Position numbers and translations under genes: made by a program. Of a stretch of DNA of 64,000 nt, positions 30,731 to 40,618 are shown one piece after another. Origin of the DNA: a candidate division FCPU426 bacterium (GTDB lineage: Bacteria; Oederibacteriota; Muellerivitia; Muellerivitales; Muellerivitaceae); NCBI GenBank assembly GCA_023249615.1, contig JAHFCG010000001.1, forward strand, positions 2,257 to 66,256, read 5' to 3'. The notes under the pieces are model-generated. The model searched no databases, was not told the origin of the DNA, and worked only from the letters and a program-made list of their open reading frames with translations. Positions within the stretch are counted from its first letter, which is position 1. The number at the start of each line of letters is the position of its first letter.

Positions 30731-30840
30731 AACCGCCAAGACGCCAAGGGCGCCAAGAACGGCAAATTCAAAAGCACACACATTTTAAACCCTTTTGTTT
30801 AAAGGGAATTTTTTTCTTGGCGCCCTTGGCGTCTTGGCCG
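30731..30840. repeat. Inverted-repeat element of the CCAAGACGCCAAG family (copy 2), with a 27-bp near-perfect stem
   Basis: accgccaagacgccaagggcgccaagaa ... ttcttggcgcccttggcgtcttggccg. Confidence 0.65.
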
Positions 30841-30848
30841 TGGAATGA

Positions 30849-33296
30849 TTACGTGGCCGGAGCGGCCTCTGTTACGGCGGATTCCGACTTGGGAAATTCC
30901 TTGTAATCACATTCCTTATTGGGACAGGAAATATGGGGGCCAAGGGTTTTGGTGTACTTGTCCACCAAAAAGGGATTGGCGCATTGGGGGCAGGCCCTTG
31001 GCACCGGCTTGTTCCAGGAAACAAATTTACAATCGGGATACTTATTGCAGCCGTAGAAAATTCCCCTTCTTGAGCCCCTGGAAACCACATCCCCCCCGCA
31101 ACCCAACGGGCAGGCGATCCCCAATGAAATAGGTTTTGCGGTTTTGCACTCCGGGTATTTTGAACAAGCCAGGAATTTTCCGAACCGGCCCATTTTCACA
31201 ACCATTTCCGAACTGCACTTCGGGCACTTTTCGTCGGTTTTGGTATCGGTGTCCAATTGGATGGAGCCGTCGGAGGTTTCCTTGAGGCCCTTGGCGCTTT
31301 TGCATTCGGGGTATTTGGAACAGGCAAGGAATTTTCCGTGCCTTCCCCACTTTACGATCATCATCTGTCCGCATTTATCACAGGGAATATCGGTGACCTG
31401 TTCGATTTTGCTCTTTTCGGTGCCGATATGCTTGTCCGCTTCGTCAAGGGATGCCTTAAAGGGAACGTAAAACTCCTGAATAACCGAACGCCACTCCTGC
31501 TCCCCCGATTCAACCTGGTCCAGCTCCGTCTCCATTTTCGCCGTAAAAGCATAATCCAGAATCACCGGGAAATGCTTGATCAGGAGTTCATAAACCAGAT
31601 TTCCGAGCTCCGCCAGGAAAAACCTTCCGTTTTCTTTCTTAACGTAAAGACGGGTTTGGATGGTTTCCAAAGTCGGCGCGTATGTGGAGGGGCGGCCAAT
31701 CCCCATTTCCTCGAGGGTTTTAATCATGGAGGCGTCCGTGAAACGCGGTAATGGCTGTGTGAAATGTTGTTCCGGAATAGGAACCTGCCAAATCATTTTT
31801 TGCTTTTCCTCAATTCCCGATAATTTATTCGGGTTCACTTCCTCAGTGGCCTCAGTCCCCGCGTCAACTTCCTTTTTGTCCTCATCCGCGGCCTCCTCAT
31901 AAACTTTGGTATATCCCTCAAAGAGGGTTTCGGTCCCGCTGGCCCGAAAAACCGCGTCAGATCCGCTAATTTCAACACTGGTCTCCCGATAGAGGGCGTT
32001 GCTCATTTGGCTGGCGAGGAAATCCTCCCAAATCAGCTGGTAAAGCTTGAACTGCTCGGGAGTCAGGAAGTCCTTCATCTGGTCCGGAGTGCGGAAGGCC
32101 GAAGTTGGGCGGATGGCCTCATGAGCGTCCTGAATTTTTCCCTTGGAGGCCGTATCCCTGTCGCCGGGCCCGAGGTACTTGTCCCCATAGGTCTGGGCGA
32201 TGAATTTGGAAGCCTCGATTTTGGCGTCCGGGGAAATCCTCTTGGAATCCGTTCTCATATAAGTAATCAACCCAACAGGGGCTGATTCACCGATTTCAAT
32301 ACCTTCATATAAACCCTGGGCGATGGACATAGTCTTGCGGGCCCCAAACCTCAATTGTTTATAGGCTTCCTGTTGTAACTTGGAAGTAGTGAAAGGCATG
32401 GGGGGTTTTTTGGACTTTTCACGGTGAAGGACCGCCGATACGCTGAAATCAGCCCCTTTGAGCCGTTCAATCAGGGCCTGGGTTTCCACCTGGGTTTTCA
32501 AGTCGGGTTTCTCACCCTTCAGTTTGGCCAGTTTGGTCCGGACGATTCGCTTATCCTCGGTTAAAAAGTCGGCTTCAAGAGACCAATATTCAACGGGTTT
32601 AAAACCCTCAATTTCCTTTTCACGCTCATAAATTAACCGAAGTGCCACCGACTGGACACGGCCGGCGGAAAGTCCACGCCTTATGCTCTGGTGAAGGAAG
32701 GGGGAAATTTTATACCCCACCAACCTGTCCAAAACACGCCTCGCTTGCTGGGCATTGACCATGTTCAGGTCCACCTCGCTCGGGGACTTGATGGCCTCTT
32801 CAATGGCGGTTTTGGTGATTTCATTTAAACGAAGGCGGAAGATTGTCGGAACTTTTTCCATGGCGGTCAGAAAATTCTTGATGTGCCAGCCAATAGCCTC
32901 CCCCTCGCGGTCGGGGTCAGCGGCCAGGTAAACGGATTCGGCCTTCAGGGCGGCCTTTTTCAGTTCCTTAATAATGGATGCTTTCCCGCGGATAGGGCGG
33001 TAGGTGGGTTCAAAATTGTTGTCCACGTCCACGCTTAATTTGCTCTTGGGAAGGTCGATTAAATGGCCTTTGGAGGCCAGAACAAGATAATCAGAACCTA
33101 GGTATTTATTGATGGTTTTCGCTTTGGAGGGGGACTCAACAATAACCAATTTCTTCGCCGGTTCTTCTTTTTTCTTCCCTTTGGGTTTCTTGACCTTCAC
33201 GGCCTCGGCGGGCTTTGGGGTTTCGTCGCTGGAAGCTGGATCGGTTGCGAGGGATTCTTCACCATCGGTGATATCGGCGTTGGCTTTTTTTGCCAC
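30849..33296 (-). CDS. topA: DNA topoisomerase I with C-terminal zinc ribbons and an N-terminal Lys-rich extension
   Basis: LVIVESPSKAK Toprim, TopA core, and multiple C4 zinc-ribbon repeats (CDKCG...CSKYPECK). Confidence 0.95.
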   Translation of the reverse strand: MAKKANADITDGEESLATDPASSDETPKPAEAVKVKKPKGKKKEEPAKKLVIVESPSKAKTINKYLGSDYLVLASKGHLIDLPKSKLSVDVDNNFEPTYRPIRGKASIIKELKKAALKAESVYLAADPDREGEAIGWHIKNFLTAMEKVPTIFRLRLNEITKTAIEEAIKSPSEVDLNMVNAQQARRVLDRLVGYKISPFLHQSIRRGLSAGRVQSVALRLIYEREKEIEGFKPVEYWSLEADFLTEDKRIVRTKLAKLKGEKPDLKTQVETQALIERLKGADFSVSAVLHREKSKKPPMPFTTSKLQQEAYKQLRFGARKTMSIAQGLYEGIEIGESAPVGLITYMRTDSKRISPDAKIEASKFIAQTYGDKYLGPGDRDTASKGKIQDAHEAIRPTSAFRTPDQMKDFLTPEQFKLYQLIWEDFLASQMSNALYRETSVEISGSDAVFRASGTETLFEGYTKVYEEAADEDKKEVDAGTEATEEVNPNKLSGIEEKQKMIWQVPIPEQHFTQPLPRFTDASMIKTLEEMGIGRPSTYAPTLETIQTRLYVKKENGRFFLAELGNLVYELLIKHFPVILDYAFTAKMETELDQVESGEQEWRSVIQEFYVPFKASLDEADKHIGTEKSKIEQVTDIPCDKCGQMMIVKWGRHGKFLACSKYPECKSAKGLKETSDGSIQLDTDTKTDEKCPKCSSEMVVKMGRFGKFLACSKYPECKTAKPISLGIACPLGCGGDVVSRGSRRGIFYGCNKYPDCKFVSWNKPVPRACPQCANPFLVDKYTKTLGPHISCPNKECDYKEFPKSESAVTEAAPAT

Positions 33297-33534
33297 GATG
33301 ACTCCAGGGGAAAAATTTTAGAATGTCCGCCAAAACAACCGGCTGACTCAGGCGCAAGGATAGGCAGGTCCCAGGGGATTGTCAAGTTTTCCCCTTTTTC
33401 GCGGAGGAGAACCCAAAAACAAAAACTTCACCAAACCCTTTGAAATACTTTAAAACCACAAGCACGGAAGGATAAAAATATTCCATGGGCCGACGATGAT
33501 TGAGGGGGGAAATCAAAATGAAATACGATTCGAA

Positions 33535-34737
33535 TTAAATTTTAAAATAGCAATGGCCTGGAGCCTGTTCCACCAGACCCTTCATTTCAAGGTTCAACAG
33601 AAGCTCGTTTAAGCGCCTCAAAACCATCCGGGTTTCCCGCAGTAAAACATCCACATGGACGGGTGAATAAGTCAATTTTTCAAGAATTCCCTTTTCTTCC
33701 TCGGTCAAATTTTCGATTTCGGAAATGGTGGCTTGTCTGGTTCTTCGGGTCCGAAAAACGGTTTCGGCGCTCATGTCCTGGAGTTCGTGAAATATGTCCT
33801 CCACCCCCATTACCAGCTTGGCCCCTTCCTGGATCAAGGCATGAGCCCCTTCTGATTCGGCGTGGGTAATGGGTCCCGGCACGGCGAAAACGGGTTTGCC
33901 CTGGTCATTGGCGTGGTCTACCGTGATAAAGGAACCACTGTCCTTCTTCGCCTCGACCACCAAAACGCCGCGGGATGCGCCGCTAATCAAACGGTTTCGC
34001 TGTGGGAAATGCATCGCCAAAGGTTTTGCCATCAGCGGGTATTCGCTAAAAACCGCTCCCCTTTCGGTAATTTCCCGGGCAAGCCTGTTGTTTTCAGGTG
34101 GATAAAGGTTTAAGAGGCCGCTGCCCAAAAAGGCTATAGTTCGGCCGCGGGGGTAACGGAGGGCTCCCTGGTGGGCGAGCGAATCAACCCCCCGCGCCAA
34201 ACCCGAGATGACGGTATATCCCGCCCTGGCGACATCCTCCGAAAGACGAAGCGCGGCGGTCTTGCCATAGGCGCTGGGCCGCCTGCACCCGATGACCGCG
34301 ATGGACTTTTCATCCTCGGGCAAATAACTTCCTTTTCTCCATAAAACAAAAGGGGGGTCATAAAGATTCGCAAAAACACCCGGAAAATCCGGGTTTCCAT
34401 CCACCAAAACCGTTATCCCCTGCGTTTCGGCCCTTTCAAGTTCCTGGGCGACCCTTTCCAAGGGGTCTTTAAATGAAAGAACCTTTTGGGTCGAGGAAAC
34501 ATTCCAGTCCTCAAGACGTGAAAGCACCTCCTCGGAAGACCCAAAAATATCTGAAATTTCGGGAAAATATTCCCGGGCGGATTTTAATCTGCGGGGACCC
34601 ACCACATTGGTCAGGTGCAGGGCAAGCAAGGCCTCAAAATTGGTCAAATTCCTACCCCTTGGGAAAAACGGGAGCACGGGTAAAACCCGTCCAATGAATA
34701 AAAGACGATTGGAGGCTGGAAAAAGTTGCGGAATCAA
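33535..34737 (-). CDS. dprA: DNA processing protein DprA (Smf)
   Basis: ...VIGCRRPSAYGKTAALRLSEDVARAGYTVISGLARGVDSLAHQGAL... Rossmann core. Confidence 0.85.
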   Translation of the reverse strand: MIPQLFPASNRLLFIGRVLPVLPFFPRGRNLTNFEALLALHLTNVVGPRRLKSAREYFPEISDIFGSSEEVLSRLEDWNVSSTQKVLSFKDPLERVAQELERAETQGITVLVDGNPDFPGVFANLYDPPFVLWRKGSYLPEDEKSIAVIGCRRPSAYGKTAALRLSEDVARAGYTVISGLARGVDSLAHQGALRYPRGRTIAFLGSGLLNLYPPENNRLAREITERGAVFSEYPLMAKPLAMHFPQRNRLISGASRGVLVVEAKKDSGSFITVDHANDQGKPVFAVPGPITHAESEGAHALIQEGAKLVMGVEDIFHELQDMSAETVFRTRRTRQATISEIENLTEEEKGILEKLTYSPVHVDVLLRETRMVLRRLNELLLNLEMKGLVEQAPGHCYFKI

Positions 34738-34754
34738 GGGAAATAATGGAGGCG

Positions 34755-35873
34755 CTACTCGGGGAGAACCGCCTTATTGGGTCCCACTTCCTGGGCCTGT
34801 TGCAAAAGTTTTTCAGCGTTTTCAAAAAGTAAAAGGTGGTTGCCCGCGTGTTTGGGATAGGTGGAGGCGCTGATATTTAAAAATACGGGCGGGCCATCCC
34901 CCATGATTTGCTTGTAAAACTTGAAAATTCTTTTTGCGATGATCCCGTAGGTCTGGTTGTCCGTATCCGGAAGGATGATGCCGTACCTGTTTTTATCCAG
35001 CCTGCAAATGATGTCAACCCGCCTCAGACTTTTATACAAGATATCCGCGACCTGGGTGGCGGTAGTGTTTTCAATCAGTTTTGCGGTCACGGGATCAATG
35101 GGTGTAACGCTTAAAAACAACAAACTGACGTGGCGGGAATAACGCTTGGCCCGTTCCACCTCGATGGCGAGGCACTCCTCGAAATAGTCCTTGTTAAATA
35201 ACCGGGTGACTTCGTCCACCAAAACCACCGGCCTTTTGTGATCATTGTCCTCTTTCTCCGGCCTGACGGTTGTGACGGGCGCGGAGACGGGTGGGTTTTC
35301 AGCTTTATTTTTGGGCCTTTCCTCAAAAGCAGGGGGAATTCCAGCCGGGATTCCTGCTTTCGGGTCCTCCACCTTCCCGGATTTTTTGATCAAATGGACC
35401 GCTTTTAATAAACTTTCCTGCCATGGTTTCCAAATATTGGTTAAATCAGTCAATAGTTCCTGTTCATAGGGACGTGAATCCTGGTGGGCGCAGCCCAGTA
35501 AAAGAAAATCCTGTTTGGGAAGATTAAAAACAAGGAAAATCCCGCTGAAGGGTTTTTGAATCCGCAGGGATCCTGACTTGTTGAAAACGGGTTTTCCGGT
35601 CATATCCAGAAAAACTTTTAACGGAAGTTTCGAAAGGGTAACCCGTTCCTCTACCCCCAACCGGTAAAAACATGTATCCATGATTTCTTCTTTACCCTCA
35701 AAGGCTAGCGGAGCGGGGGATTCTTCCGGCGTATTGGAACAGGCGATAAAAACACAATCAAATTTGAAGTTTTGAAGGATTTCCTTGCAACAAGCCGCAA
35801 GGGAGGCCTGGGTGGGGCGGCTTTGCCTGCATTGGTCGATTAATTTTTGAATGAGAAGAGTTTCGGAAATCAC
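34755..35873 (-). CDS. Sensor-domain (GAF-like) protein with a degenerate GGDEF domain, probably catalytically inactive
   Basis: The C-terminal half aligns with the GGDEF fold (DEVTRLFNKDYFEECLAIEVERAKRY...), but the signature is NRYGI instead of GG(D/E)EF. Confidence 0.6.
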   Translation of the reverse strand: MISETLLIQKLIDQCRQSRPTQASLAACCKEILQNFKFDCVFIACSNTPEESPAPLAFEGKEEIMDTCFYRLGVEERVTLSKLPLKVFLDMTGKPVFNKSGSLRIQKPFSGIFLVFNLPKQDFLLLGCAHQDSRPYEQELLTDLTNIWKPWQESLLKAVHLIKKSGKVEDPKAGIPAGIPPAFEERPKNKAENPPVSAPVTTVRPEKEDNDHKRPVVLVDEVTRLFNKDYFEECLAIEVERAKRYSRHVSLLFLSVTPIDPVTAKLIENTTATQVADILYKSLRRVDIICRLDKNRYGIILPDTDNQTYGIIAKRIFKFYKQIMGDGPPVFLNISASTYPKHAGNHLLLFENAEKLLQQAQEVGPNKAVLPE

Positions 35874-36038
35874 AAAAAACCTTTCAGGGTTTCTTTTTCA
35901 ACACGAGGCCTCGAGGGGCCCGGTTAATCTTCAACCAACAAGAATGTTCCGGCTGGGTTTAAAAAACACTTGATTACTTTTATCCCGGCTTTCCCATCGC
36001 GCCCGGGTGGTTCAAACGCGGTTTGTGGATTATATCTT

Positions 36039-36653
36039 TTACTTGACCTTTATCGCCTGAAAAATGGCCCTTAACGAAACCGCGTCCGGTACCAGCAGAA
36101 AGTAACCCCCAATAACCTCATGAGCGTCAATGAATTTGGTTTCTATGCAAATTACCTTGGTGTCGTCATCCATCCCCTGGGTTAGGGAGGTCAATAGGGC
36201 CCCCGCCATGTCAAAAACCAGGGTTGGAACTGAAATAAGAAGAAGCATTCCGAGAAATTCATTCAAGGCGCTTAAATAGGCGCCGGTCAAAATATTCCCA
36301 GCCTCTTTAATGGCCGAATGACCCATCTCGGTAAGAATCTTGCTGGTTCCGACTTCCTGTTTAAGAAGCATATCCGCCAGGTGAAGGGCCGAATCCCGGG
36401 GAAAAAGCAAAACGATTTTTCCGGTTGCGTCGCCAAGGATGGCCAAGGTCAACCCGGCTACCAACGTGTTGGGGTCGCCCACAAGACGTGGAACCTCCGA
36501 AAGGGAAAGAATATTGGCCTTGGGAACAGTAATATGGATTTTTTTTCCGAGAAGCTGGGACAAAGCCGTGGCGCCATGGCCGGCGCCGATGTTGCCCACT
36601 TCCTTCAGGGCATCCAATTGGCTGGGCGTCAACTGGTCGAGATTAAGAAGCAT
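36039..36653 (-). CDS. cheC: CheC/CheX-family CheY-P phosphatase
   Basis: LDALKEVGNIGAGHGATALSQLLGKKI... duplicated CheC repeats. Confidence 0.8.
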   Translation of the reverse strand: MLLNLDQLTPSQLDALKEVGNIGAGHGATALSQLLGKKIHITVPKANILSLSEVPRLVGDPNTLVAGLTLAILGDATGKIVLLFPRDSALHLADMLLKQEVGTSKILTEMGHSAIKEAGNILTGAYLSALNEFLGMLLLISVPTLVFDMAGALLTSLTQGMDDDTKVICIETKFIDAHEVIGGYFLLVPDAVSLRAIFQAIKVK

Positions 36654-36677
36654 TCGAAAAATCCTTTTTCCAAAATC

Positions 36678-38894
36678 CTATAAACCCTCATGGGTCCCCA
36701 GGGGTATGATCCCCTGGTGCTCTTCCTGGAAACGTCTTTCCTTTAAATCCTCAATCAAACTATTGACGTCCAGAATCAACGCTATCTTACCACTCCCAAG
36801 GATGGTTGCGCCCGAAAAACCTCGGATGCCCTTCAGAAGCCTGTCGAGGGATTTTATGGCGATTTCCTGCTGGCCGATCACTTCGTCCACCAAAATTCCA
36901 ACACGAGACTCCCCCACTTCCGCCACCAGGACCGTCTCCAAACCCGTTTCAAGGGCCGGCCCGGGGGGAATAGCCATCTCAAGAAGTTCCTGAAGATGGT
37001 AAAGCGGAATGACTTCATCCCGCAAAATAAAAGTCTCCTGTTGTTGAATAATCCTTTTCTCATCCGTGTGGATATCCACGGTTTCAATGATGTTGACCAC
37101 GGGGATAACAAAAACCTCCTCGTTACATTTGACCAGGAGTCCCTTGATGATGGCGAGGGTCAAGGGAAAACGTAAAATAAAGGTGGTTCCTAATCCCTTC
37201 CGGCTTTGAATCCGGAAAGTTCCGCCAAGCGCCTCCACCTTCGTTTTGGCGACGTCCACTCCAACCCCCCGGCCTGAAACCTCGGTCGCGTTATCAATGG
37301 TGGAAAAACCCGGCAAGGCAATCAGGCGGACGGCCTCCTCGTCGGTTAATCGTATGGCTTCCTCGCGCGTAATCAGACCTTTCATAACCGCCTTCTTTCG
37401 GACCAATTCAGGATCAACTCCCCTTCCGTTGTCGATTACCGACAGGATAACGAAATGTCTTTCCCTCTTGGCCTGAAGCCGGATGGTTCCCGCGGGGTCC
37501 TTCCCTTCCTTTTCCCGTTCCTCCGGGATTTCAATCCCGTGGTCAATCGCGTTTCGGAGCAAATGAACCAGTGGCTCACTCATTTCCTCGATAACCGTCC
37601 TGTCCAATTCCACCTCAGCCCCGTCCATTTCAAGGTCCACCTGTTTATGAAGTGATTTTGCCAGGTCCCTGACCATCCGGGGAAAACGGTCAAAAATTTG
37701 CTTAACAGGCATGAGGCGGACCTTCATGATTTCGTCCTGAAGTTCATCGGTAATGTGATGAAGTTGAAAAAGGGGATCCAACAATTCCTTTAATTCTTTC
37801 TGGTGTACCACCTGTTCAAATCGGATTTTTGAGATGACCAATTCCTGAACCAAGGCCATTAACTTGTCGAGTTTAGAAGTGTGAACACGAACCGTGGGCA
37901 GGATAAAAGTCCTTTCGTCGGACCCCGTGGTTCTGGAAACCTGGGTTGAACCCTTTGAATCCGTCGGTTCCTCGGATTCCGCGTCGGTTTCCGTTTTGCC
38001 GAAATCCGACTCACGGCGGCCGGGACTCCGTTCGGGCAATACCTTAAAAGGATTTGATTTTGGAGTTTCCGATTCCTTCTTTTTAAAAACAGCCTCATGG
38101 TCCTCGTCGGGGCTAAAGGAATCGATTTGAACTTTTTCAACCTCGCTTATCCCCGTCAAGGTCTTTTTGATTTTTTCCTCAGGACTGTCGGTAACGACGA
38201 CCAGAAAAAAGCCCCTCTCGAAATGCCCCTTTTCTATTTCCTGCGGCGCCGGGTGGCTCTTTACGATTTCGCCAAGTTCATTAATGGCTTTTAAAATCAT
38301 GAAGGAGCGGACCTCCTTAAAGGCGCAATCCCTTTCCAATTCCACCATGATTTTGAATACCGAAAAACCGTTCATACGGGCCTGGGAAATCACATCCCTT
38401 TCCTCGTCCGTAAAGGGCAGGGCCACTTCCTGAACCACCTCCACCACGGGCTCCACAGGCGAAGCCGCTCCCCGGAGGGCCTCCGAGGCCTCCTGAAGGC
38501 TGGTGAGGGTGGCTTTTAAATCATCTTCCTCCAGCGAGTCATTGGACGAAAGGATGTTGACCCACTTCTCCAGTTGGTCCAGACAAATGAAAAGAGCGTC
38601 AACCAGTTGGGGCGTCAGGGGTTTGACCCCTGAACGAATGGGTTCCAGCACCGTTTCCATTTGGTGGGTGAGCTGTGCCATGGGTTCATATCCCATGGTG
38701 GCCGACATGCCCTTGATGGTGTGCGCGGCGCGGAATATCTCGTTGATGGACTCCCCGTGTCCCGGATCTTTTTCAAGAACCACGAGGGAATTGTTGAGGT
38801 TCGCGAGGTATTCCCTCGCCTCAGTCAGGAAAATTTCCTTATAGTCACTGCTTTTCACGATGGCTCCAGGGAAAAGGGAAAATGGCAATGGCAT
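36678..38894 (-). CDS. cheA: Chemotaxis histidine kinase CheA (HPt, dimerisation, HATPase and CheW-like domains)
   Basis: HTIKGMSATMGYE HPt motif, HATPase_c G-boxes, and a C-terminal CheW-like domain. Confidence 0.9.
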   Translation of the reverse strand: MPLPFSLFPGAIVKSSDYKEIFLTEAREYLANLNNSLVVLEKDPGHGESINEIFRAAHTIKGMSATMGYEPMAQLTHQMETVLEPIRSGVKPLTPQLVDALFICLDQLEKWVNILSSNDSLEEDDLKATLTSLQEASEALRGAASPVEPVVEVVQEVALPFTDEERDVISQARMNGFSVFKIMVELERDCAFKEVRSFMILKAINELGEIVKSHPAPQEIEKGHFERGFFLVVVTDSPEEKIKKTLTGISEVEKVQIDSFSPDEDHEAVFKKKESETPKSNPFKVLPERSPGRRESDFGKTETDAESEEPTDSKGSTQVSRTTGSDERTFILPTVRVHTSKLDKLMALVQELVISKIRFEQVVHQKELKELLDPLFQLHHITDELQDEIMKVRLMPVKQIFDRFPRMVRDLAKSLHKQVDLEMDGAEVELDRTVIEEMSEPLVHLLRNAIDHGIEIPEEREKEGKDPAGTIRLQAKRERHFVILSVIDNGRGVDPELVRKKAVMKGLITREEAIRLTDEEAVRLIALPGFSTIDNATEVSGRGVGVDVAKTKVEALGGTFRIQSRKGLGTTFILRFPLTLAIIKGLLVKCNEEVFVIPVVNIIETVDIHTDEKRIIQQQETFILRDEVIPLYHLQELLEMAIPPGPALETGLETVLVAEVGESRVGILVDEVIGQQEIAIKSLDRLLKGIRGFSGATILGSGKIALILDVNSLIEDLKERRFQEEHQGIIPLGTHEGL

Positions 38895-38953
38895 TTTAAC
38901 CTAATTTGGGGAAAATTGATTTGGTTGGATGTTTAAAGCGGTGTTTGTGATTA

Positions 38954-40048
38954 CTATCGGCGGTTTAAAAGCGCGTTTATTTCCTGGGCCATTTGGGACA
39001 GGGGTACCTGCCGGTCCACCATTCCCGAATCCACCGCGGCCTTGGGCATCCCGTAAACCACGCAGCTGCCGGCGTCCTGGGCGAACGTTTTTCCCCCCAC
39101 GGCATGAATATCCTTCAAACCCGCGGTTCCGTCCCTGCCCATTCCGGTCAGGATAACTCCCATGCATTGCTTGCCCGCTGTTTTGGCTACAGAGCTCATC
39201 ATGATATCGGCGGAGGGTTTTACGCCCAGCCTTGGGGGGTGATCATTAAAACCAAACTTGTAATGCCCGGCACCTCCCTCAAGAACCAGGTGAAGGCCCG
39301 CCGGGGCGACATAAGCGTGGCCCCCCATGAGATACTCTCCATCCTCCGCCTCTGAAACCTCCAGGCGGCTGACCTCACCCAGGCGCCTGGCCAGGGCTTT
39401 CGTGAAACCCACCGAAATATGCTGAACAATCACGAAAGCGACGCTCGAACTCCGGTTTAAATTGGAAAACAATTCATTGAGCGCCCTGGGCCCTCCGGTT
39501 GAGGAGGCCACCGCCACGATAAAAGTGGCCGGTTTATCCCTTTCAACCGTTTCTGGTTCGGCAGGCTTGACATTTTTTTTTACCGTGGATTCGGCGGAGA
39601 CTCCTTCCAATTCCTTGTTTCGGCGGGGCTTGCAAAGGGAGGCCATTTTTATTTTCTCGACCAATTCTCCCTGGATTGCCTTGGCGTTTTCCAAAACGCG
39701 CCCTGCCGGTTTACCGATACAATCGATGGCTCCCAGTTCGAGGGCCCTGATGGTTGTTTCGGTTCCCTTGCCTGTATGGCTGGAGATCATGACAACGGGA
39801 GTTGGCGAATCCTTCATTATTTTTTCGAGGGCGGCCAACCCGTCCATCTTGGGCATTTCCACGTCGAGCGTGATGACGTCCGGTTTCAACTTTTTGGCTT
39901 TTTCGACCGCCTCGAGCCCGTTCTGGGCGGTGTCCAAGACGGTGATTTCCCCATTGGTGGTATTCAGGATTTCAGACAGGATTTTTCTCATGAAAAAAGA
40001 ATCGTCGACGATAAGAACACGGATGGTTTTGGATTTTTCAGCCGTCAT
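38954..40048 (-). CDS. cheB: Chemotaxis methylesterase CheB (REC + CheB_methylest)
   Basis: IRVLIVDDSFFMRK receiver followed by a methylesterase domain (GASTGG...). Confidence 0.9.
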   Translation of the reverse strand: MTAEKSKTIRVLIVDDSFFMRKILSEILNTTNGEITVLDTAQNGLEAVEKAKKLKPDVITLDVEMPKMDGLAALEKIMKDSPTPVVMISSHTGKGTETTIRALELGAIDCIGKPAGRVLENAKAIQGELVEKIKMASLCKPRRNKELEGVSAESTVKKNVKPAEPETVERDKPATFIVAVASSTGGPRALNELFSNLNRSSSVAFVIVQHISVGFTKALARRLGEVSRLEVSEAEDGEYLMGGHAYVAPAGLHLVLEGGAGHYKFGFNDHPPRLGVKPSADIMMSSVAKTAGKQCMGVILTGMGRDGTAGLKDIHAVGGKTFAQDAGSCVVYGMPKAAVDSGMVDRQVPLSQMAQEINALLNRR

Positions 40049-40104
40049 GGAGGTTCCCGGTCAAATTACGGTTTGTCTTAAAAAGCTCAAAACGACTTTT
40101 GCCG

Positions 40105-40184
40105 CCGATCAAATCCGATACACGCCGATAAATCAAAATTATTTTTTACAGTTTGTAGTAATCGGCGTCCATCGGAAGTTATCG
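40105..40184. repeat. Palindromic element made of three 10-bp-phased CCGAT units, an AT-rich spacer, and three 10-bp-phased ATCGG units
   Basis: gCCGCCGATcaaaTCCGATacacGCCGATaaatc...gtaATCGGcgtccATCGGaagttATCGGCGGttg. Confidence 0.6.
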
Positions 40185-40207
40185 GCGGTTGCTTTTTTTC
40201 TTAACTT

Positions 40208-40618
40208 TCAAGCCCCGACGACCCGCTTCAAGGCTTCCTGGACGCGGGGCGGCTGGAAAGGTTTGATGATAAAGTCCCGAGCACCGGCCTGAATGGAATC
40301 AATAACCATGCTTTGCTGGCCCATGGCGCTTACCATGACGATTTTAGCCTCCGGGTCAAAGGCCCTGATTTCCCTAACGGCTTCAATGCCGTCCAATTCC
40401 GGCATGACAATATCCATGGTGACCAAATCAGGTTTTAATTTTTTATATAATTCCACGGCTTCCCGACCATTGGAAGCTTCCCCTGCCAATTCATAGGGTT
40501 CCCTTAAAATAATCCCCTTTAAGATGGTCCTCATGAAGGAGGAGTCGTCGCAAAATAAAACTTTGATGGCCAAGGCTTTTTCCTTATTTGGGGATTGCGG
40601 CTTCCGAATCCACGACAA
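40208..40618 (-). CDS. cheY: CheY-like single-domain response regulator
   Basis: VLFCDDSSFMR...DLVTMDIVMPELDGIEA. Confidence 0.85.
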   Translation of the reverse strand: MSWIRKPQSPNKEKALAIKVLFCDDSSFMRTILKGIILREPYELAGEASNGREAVELYKKLKPDLVTMDIVMPELDGIEAVREIRAFDPEAKIVMVSAMGQQSMVIDSIQAGARDFIIKPFQPPRVQEALKRVVGA

